From contig JAIQFZ010000009.1 of assembly GCA_020073015.1 (NCBI GenBank), forward strand, positions 73-64,072: DNA of 64,000 bases, given 5' to 3'. The position numbers and the translations under genes are program-made. This DNA is from Terriglobia bacterium. GTDB taxonomy: Bacteria; Acidobacteriota; Terriglobia; Terriglobales; Acidobacteriaceae. Numbering within the stretch: the stretch's first letter is position 1; each line of letters starts with the position of its first letter. The notes under the pieces are model-generated. The model worked only from the letters and a program-made list of their open reading frames with translations, was not told the origin of the DNA and did not search any database. This document shows positions 60,430 to 64,000 of the stretch, piece after piece.

Positions 60430-61452
60430 TCAGCTGCCGACGTAGCGCGCGTACAAACTCCGAGCGATAGCCGTATCGGTGGTGCCTTTGATGATGGCCC
60501 GCCCATCGGGAAATAGCGTCATTTCGTAGGGTTCCCGCCAGAACTTCAACACGAACTCGTTGTGCCGAACCGTGCCGAGAGGCTCGAGGCGTGCACTCAT
60601 CTCGGCAAAATCCACCGGCCGTTGCCGCTCGTGGATCTGCACCGAGTTCCGGCCGCACAGAGTGATGTGCGGCCGCCCCTCACCTGCCAGGTGGACAAAG
60701 TTCCGCTCCCCACAAGCCCGACACCCCGCTCGCGGACGGTTCGCCGACACCTCCGCTTGTTCGTTCCTCCAGACATCCCACGAGAGCAGCGTGCGTCGCA
60801 TCTCGGACCGCGCCCCCACCAGAAATTTCAGGGCCTCCGTCGCCGCCAGAGAGGCCACCAGGTTCACGGCCGAATTCAGGATGCCTGCGGTCTCGCAGGT
60901 CTCGACGGTCCCGCGCGGAGCGTCCGGAAAAATACAGGTCAGACACGCGCTTTCCCCAGGCAGGATATTCATCGTTACCGCATAACTGCCGACCGCCGCC
61001 GCATAGATCCAGGGGGCGGAATTCTTCACGGCATAGTCGTTGATCAGATAGCGAGTTTCGAAATTGTCCGTGCCGTCGAGAATTAAATCGGCCCGGCCCA
61101 GCAGGGGGTCGGCATTCGCCGGTGTCAGGTCGGCGACATGGGGTTCGATGACGATCTGCGAATTGAAGCGAGCGATCTGCCGCGCCGCGGCCACGGCCTT
61201 GGGCACGGATTCGCGGGCGTCGTGTTCATCGAACAACGATTGCCTCTGCAGATTGCTGCTCTCGACATAGTCGCGATCCACGATCCGCAGCGTTCCCACC
61301 CCCGACCGCGCCAGCAGGGAGGCTACCGCCGAGCCCGTCGCTCCACATCCGACGATCACCGCACGGGCCTGCGCCAGCTTTTTCTGGCCTTCCGGTCCAA
61401 TCTCGCGGAACAGCGTCTGACGGGAGTAACGATCGTCCAGTTCCAAAGGCAT
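60430..61452 (-). CDS. thiF: ThiF/MoeB-type adenylyltransferase, long (Bacillus ThiF-like) form
   Basis: RYSRQTLF, VIVGCGATGSAVA, DRDYVESSNLQRQ, the CLTC...CRAC zinc site, and a C-terminal LCGRNSVQI...LFPDGRAIIKGTTD domain. ATG 61452 follows GGAAAGG. Confidence 0.75.
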   Translation of the reverse strand: MPLELDDRYSRQTLFREIGPEGQKKLAQARAVIVGCGATGSAVASLLARSGVGTLRIVDRDYVESSNLQRQSLFDEHDARESVPKAVAAARQIARFNSQIVIEPHVADLTPANADPLLGRADLILDGTDNFETRYLINDYAVKNSAPWIYAAAVGSYAVTMNILPGESACLTCIFPDAPRGTVETCETAGILNSAVNLVASLAATEALKFLVGARSEMRRTLLSWDVWRNEQAEVSANRPRAGCRACGERNFVHLAGEGRPHITLCGRNSVQIHERQRPVDFAEMSARLEPLGTVRHNEFVLKFWREPYEMTLFPDGRAIIKGTTDTAIARSLYARYVGS

Positions 61453-61560
61453 TACCTTTCCGAGGCTTCCCACCAATTATTATAGGTGCAGGTCCTCATT
61501 CTTCTCTGTGGCGAGCAACACGTGCCGTCTGCGGCTCCATTGAACACGATAGGTCTCGCA

Positions 61561-64000
61561 ATGCAACGCCCGGAATTCGGGGAGGGACGGTTGCGCGCAG
61601 CGGGCGTGGTTCTGATCTTCTTCGCGGTGACGCTTGCGCCGCAGGCTGGCTGGGGCATAGGCCAGCAACCATCCGAATCGCCCAACCCGGAGTCATCCTC
61701 CCAGCAGCCTGACACCGAAGCGCCCTCCAATTTTGGGGCGATCACACCCTACCTCGGCCTGACGATCGACGAAATCGAATTTCCCCGGGTTGCCGCCGAC
61801 GAATCCGCTTCGCTGCTAACCACCACCCAACTCAAGATCGGCGGACCGCTGACGCGCGACGGCTTGCACAATGCGATGCAGGCGTTGTTTGCCACCGGCC
61901 GCTTTGCCGACCTTCAAGCCGAAGCCGAGCGCACCGTTACGGCAGGGGTACGGCTGCGCTTCCTGACGGTTCCGAATTATTTCGTTGGTCAGGTCATCGT
62001 GGAAGGTGTTTCGGTCAATCCATCTGCGAACCAGCTCGCCACCGCGACCCGCCTCCAGCTCGGCGAACTTTACTCTCGGGAAAAGCTCGACCGCGCTTTG
62101 GCCGGCATCGAGCGCGTGCTCGAAGATAACGGATTCCACCAGGCCAAGCTGACCAACTCCGAACAGCGCGACGAGACCCAGCACCAGGTCAACCTCACCT
62201 TTCACGTCCACACGGGCACACGGGCCGTAGTCGGGCGAATCACGTTACAAGGCGATGCGGGCTATTCCATGGAGGAAATCATTAACGGCGCCGGCAATTT
62301 TCACACGGGCGATCCCGTGATCTCGACCCGTCTGACGCGCGCTCTGCAGCGCATCCGCGCCCGCTATCAGAAGCAGGCTCGCCTGCTCGCCCAAGTCTCC
62401 GTCGCCAGCCGGGACTACCACCCGGAGCGCAACGCCGTGGACTACGAGTTCCAGATCGAGCGCGGCCCGGTGGTGCGGATCGACACGGAGGGATTCAAGA
62501 TCAGCCATCTGCGGCTCCGCAAGCTGGTCCCCATTTACGAAGAAGGCGCAGTGGATGACGACCTGCTCAACGAGGGCCGCCGGAATATTCAGAACCACCT
62601 GCAGACGCTCGGCTATTTCGACGCCACGGTCAGCGTGAGCCAGCACGCGGTCCAGGACGGCAAGGAACTGCAAGTCCTGTACGCGATTACCCCGGGCGAC
62701 CGGCACAGATTACGCGCCGTTCAGATTCGTGGCAATCAAATGTTCTCCGAGGACCTGATCCGAGTACGCATGCAATGCCAGCCCGCGGGCCGTCTCTTTA
62801 GTCATGGCCGCTATAGCGAAGCGTTGCTGCAAGCGGATGTGCGGGCGATTCAGGATCTGTATCGCTCCAACGGCTACCGCCAGGCGGATGTTAGCAGCAG
62901 ACTGATCAACGGCTATCAGGGCGATCTGTCGCAGTTGGCCATCGAATTGAACATCAAAGAAGGGCCGCAAACCCGCGTCGCCTGGGTCCGAATCGACGGA
63001 GACTACACCCTGCCGTCCGAGCAGGTGCTGCCCTTCATCTCGACCGAGGAAGGGCAGGGCTTCAACGAATCGAGTCTGGCCGATGATCGCGACACGATTC
63101 TGGAAAAGTATTTCAACAACGGCTTTTCCAACGCCACCGTCGATGTTTCCTACGTACCCGTGGTTCCGTCCCCGGACGAAGCGCCGCGGGTGGGCGTGAC
63201 CTTTTCCATCCAGGAAGGCGAGCAGTTCTTCGCCAACCGCGTATTTCTAAATGGCCTTTACTACACCCGTGCGGGGGTGGCGCGCCGGGAAATACAGGTC
63301 CAGGCAGCTGCACCCCTGAGCCAGCAGGATATGCTCGAATCGCAGCGCCGTCTGTACGGCCTGGGACTGTTTAACGAGGTGGACACGGCCATTCAGAACC
63401 CGGAAGGAACCGAATCACGCAAGAACGTGCTTGTGTCCATGCACGAAGCCAAGCGGTACACCTTCGATTATGGAGTTGGGTTCGAATTTCAGACTGGACA
63501 ACCTTCGGTGGGCACCAACCAACCACTCGGGCAAACGGGTGTCAGCCCCAGAGTCTCGTTTGGCATGACCAGGATCAACTTCGGGGGGCGCCACCAGACG
63601 GTGACCGCCAAGACCAACCTCAGCCGCCTGCAACAGCGCGGTCTCATCAGTTTCGAAGCTCCAAAACTCCTGAACCGGGATCTGAGATTTTCCGCGATCG
63701 GCTTCTACGACAACACGGTGGACGTATCCACGTTTACTTCGGAGCGCCTAGAGGGAACGGTGCAGACCGTGCAGGTGCTGAAAAAAGACCTGGCCGGAAA
63801 CCGCGATTTAACCAGCATCGCCTACCGCTTTTCCTACCGCCGCGTGCAAGCCAGCAACATCGAGGTTTCCGACAACTTGGTCCCGCTCTTGTCGAAACCC
63901 ACGCGCGTGGGTGAACCCAACTTTATCTACGTCCGCAACCGGCGCGACAACGACCTGGAAACCAAGCATGGCAATTACACGACCATCGAAGGAGGCGTGG
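61561..64000 (+). CDS. bamA: Outer membrane protein assembly factor BamA (POTRA repeats plus the start of the Omp85 barrel), 3'-truncated by the window edge
   Basis: Not in the ORF track because no stop codon lies in the window. My translation from ATG 61561 gives MQRPEFGEGRLRAAGVVLIFFAVTLAPQAGWG, then POTRA modules (e.g. LRAVQIRGNQMFSEDLIRVRM..., ELNIKEGPQTRV...), then the barrel onset (YTFDYGVGFEFQ...RVSFGMTRINFGGRHQ). Confidence 0.85.
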   Translation, partial: MQRPEFGEGRLRAAGVVLIFFAVTLAPQAGWGIGQQPSESPNPESSSQQPDTEAPSNFGAITPYLGLTIDEIEFPRVAADESASLLTTTQLKIGGPLTRDGLHNAMQALFATGRFADLQAEAERTVTAGVRLRFLTVPNYFVGQVIVEGVSVNPSANQLATATRLQLGELYSREKLDRALAGIERVLEDNGFHQAKLTNSEQRDETQHQVNLTFHVHTGTRAVVGRITLQGDAGYSMEEIINGAGNFHTGDPVISTRLTRALQRIRARYQKQARLLAQVSVASRDYHPERNAVDYEFQIERGPVVRIDTEGFKISHLRLRKLVPIYEEGAVDDDLLNEGRRNIQNHLQTLGYFDATVSVSQHAVQDGKELQVLYAITPGDRHRLRAVQIRGNQMFSEDLIRVRMQCQPAGRLFSHGRYSEALLQADVRAIQDLYRSNGYRQADVSSRLINGYQGDLSQLAIELNIKEGPQTRVAWVRIDGDYTLPSEQVLPFISTEEGQGFNESSLADDRDTILEKYFNNGFSNATVDVSYVPVVPSPDEAPRVGVTFSIQEGEQFFANRVFLNGLYYTRAGVARREIQVQAAAPLSQQDMLESQRRLYGLGLFNEVDTAIQNPEGTESRKNVLVSMHEAKRYTFDYGVGFEFQTGQPSVGTNQPLGQTGVSPRVSFGMTRINFGGRHQTVTAKTNLSRLQQRGLISFEAPKLLNRDLRFSAIGFYDNTVDVSTFTSERLEGTVQTVQVLKKDLAGNRDLTSIAYRFSYRRVQASNIEVSDNLVPLLSKPTRVGEPNFIYVRNRRDNDLETKHGNYTTIEGGV

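Noticed and set aside
60430-61452. ThiF/E1-like enzyme with an extra C-terminal domain as a candidate novel ubiquitin-like conjugation system
   Set aside because: The whole protein, including the C-terminal LCGRN...FRDG/FPDGRA...G domain, is collinear with the long Bacillus-type ThiF. No ubiquitin-like, JAB or E2-like gene is adjacent.
1-64000. Search for tRNA, rRNA, tmRNA, RNase P RNA, CRISPR arrays, integrases/transposases, toxin-antitoxin pairs or known defence systems
   Set aside because: - No T-loop-type GGTTCGAAT contexts occur outside CDSs.
- No regularly spaced direct repeats with unique spacers are present.
- No recombinase-like ORFs are present.
- All sizeable ORFs are accounted for by the annotated genes or their shadows.

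Overview
A gene-dense, high-GC (~60%) chromosomal segment. From the protein families, a PEP-CTERM protein and the types of intergenic repeat, I infer it comes from an Acidobacteriota (Terriglobia-like) genome. I support 56 protein-coding genes, most on the minus strand. No rRNA, tRNA, CRISPR array, transposase or integrase could be found.

**Core content**
- TCA-cycle genes: mdh, icd, sdhC-sdhA-sdhB.
- A lysine/aspartate-family cluster: asd-lysC-dapB-dapA-dapD.
- Shikimate genes aroF and aroK, plus rnj, rdgB, thiF, galT and two cyclophilins.
- An ECF sigma / anti-sigma / DUF4097 module.
- A 5' fragment of bamA at the right edge.
- At the left edge, a large repetitive surface lipoprotein gene. 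The ORF track misses it because it has no stop codon inside the window.

**Most interesting non-core content**
1. A translationally coupled operon of four secreted proteins at 4551-10796. It pairs a TolB-like propeller carrying a C-terminal single-CXXCH module with a YVTN propeller fused to a di-heme CCP/MauG-like domain. This is hydrazine-synthase-like domain logic in what looks like a non-anammox genome. A CRTAC1/ASPIC-UnbV protein and a Reg_prop propeller sit alongside.
2. A low-GC islet at about 42.7-45.9 kb. It encodes a PhyR-like sigma-domain plus pseudo-receiver fusion with a Cys-rich coiled-coil N-terminal extension, a Cys/His-rich orphan protein and a lone receiver.
3. DapA carrying an ~85-aa Cys4 C-terminal extension.
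4. A very rich set of intergenic repeat families. These include REP-like hairpins (one copy lies in-frame inside a CDS), 100-180 bp MITE-like long hairpins that punctuate operons, and degenerate heptanucleotide arrays next to stop codons.

All functional calls rest on motif and family recognition by eye. No database searches were run.
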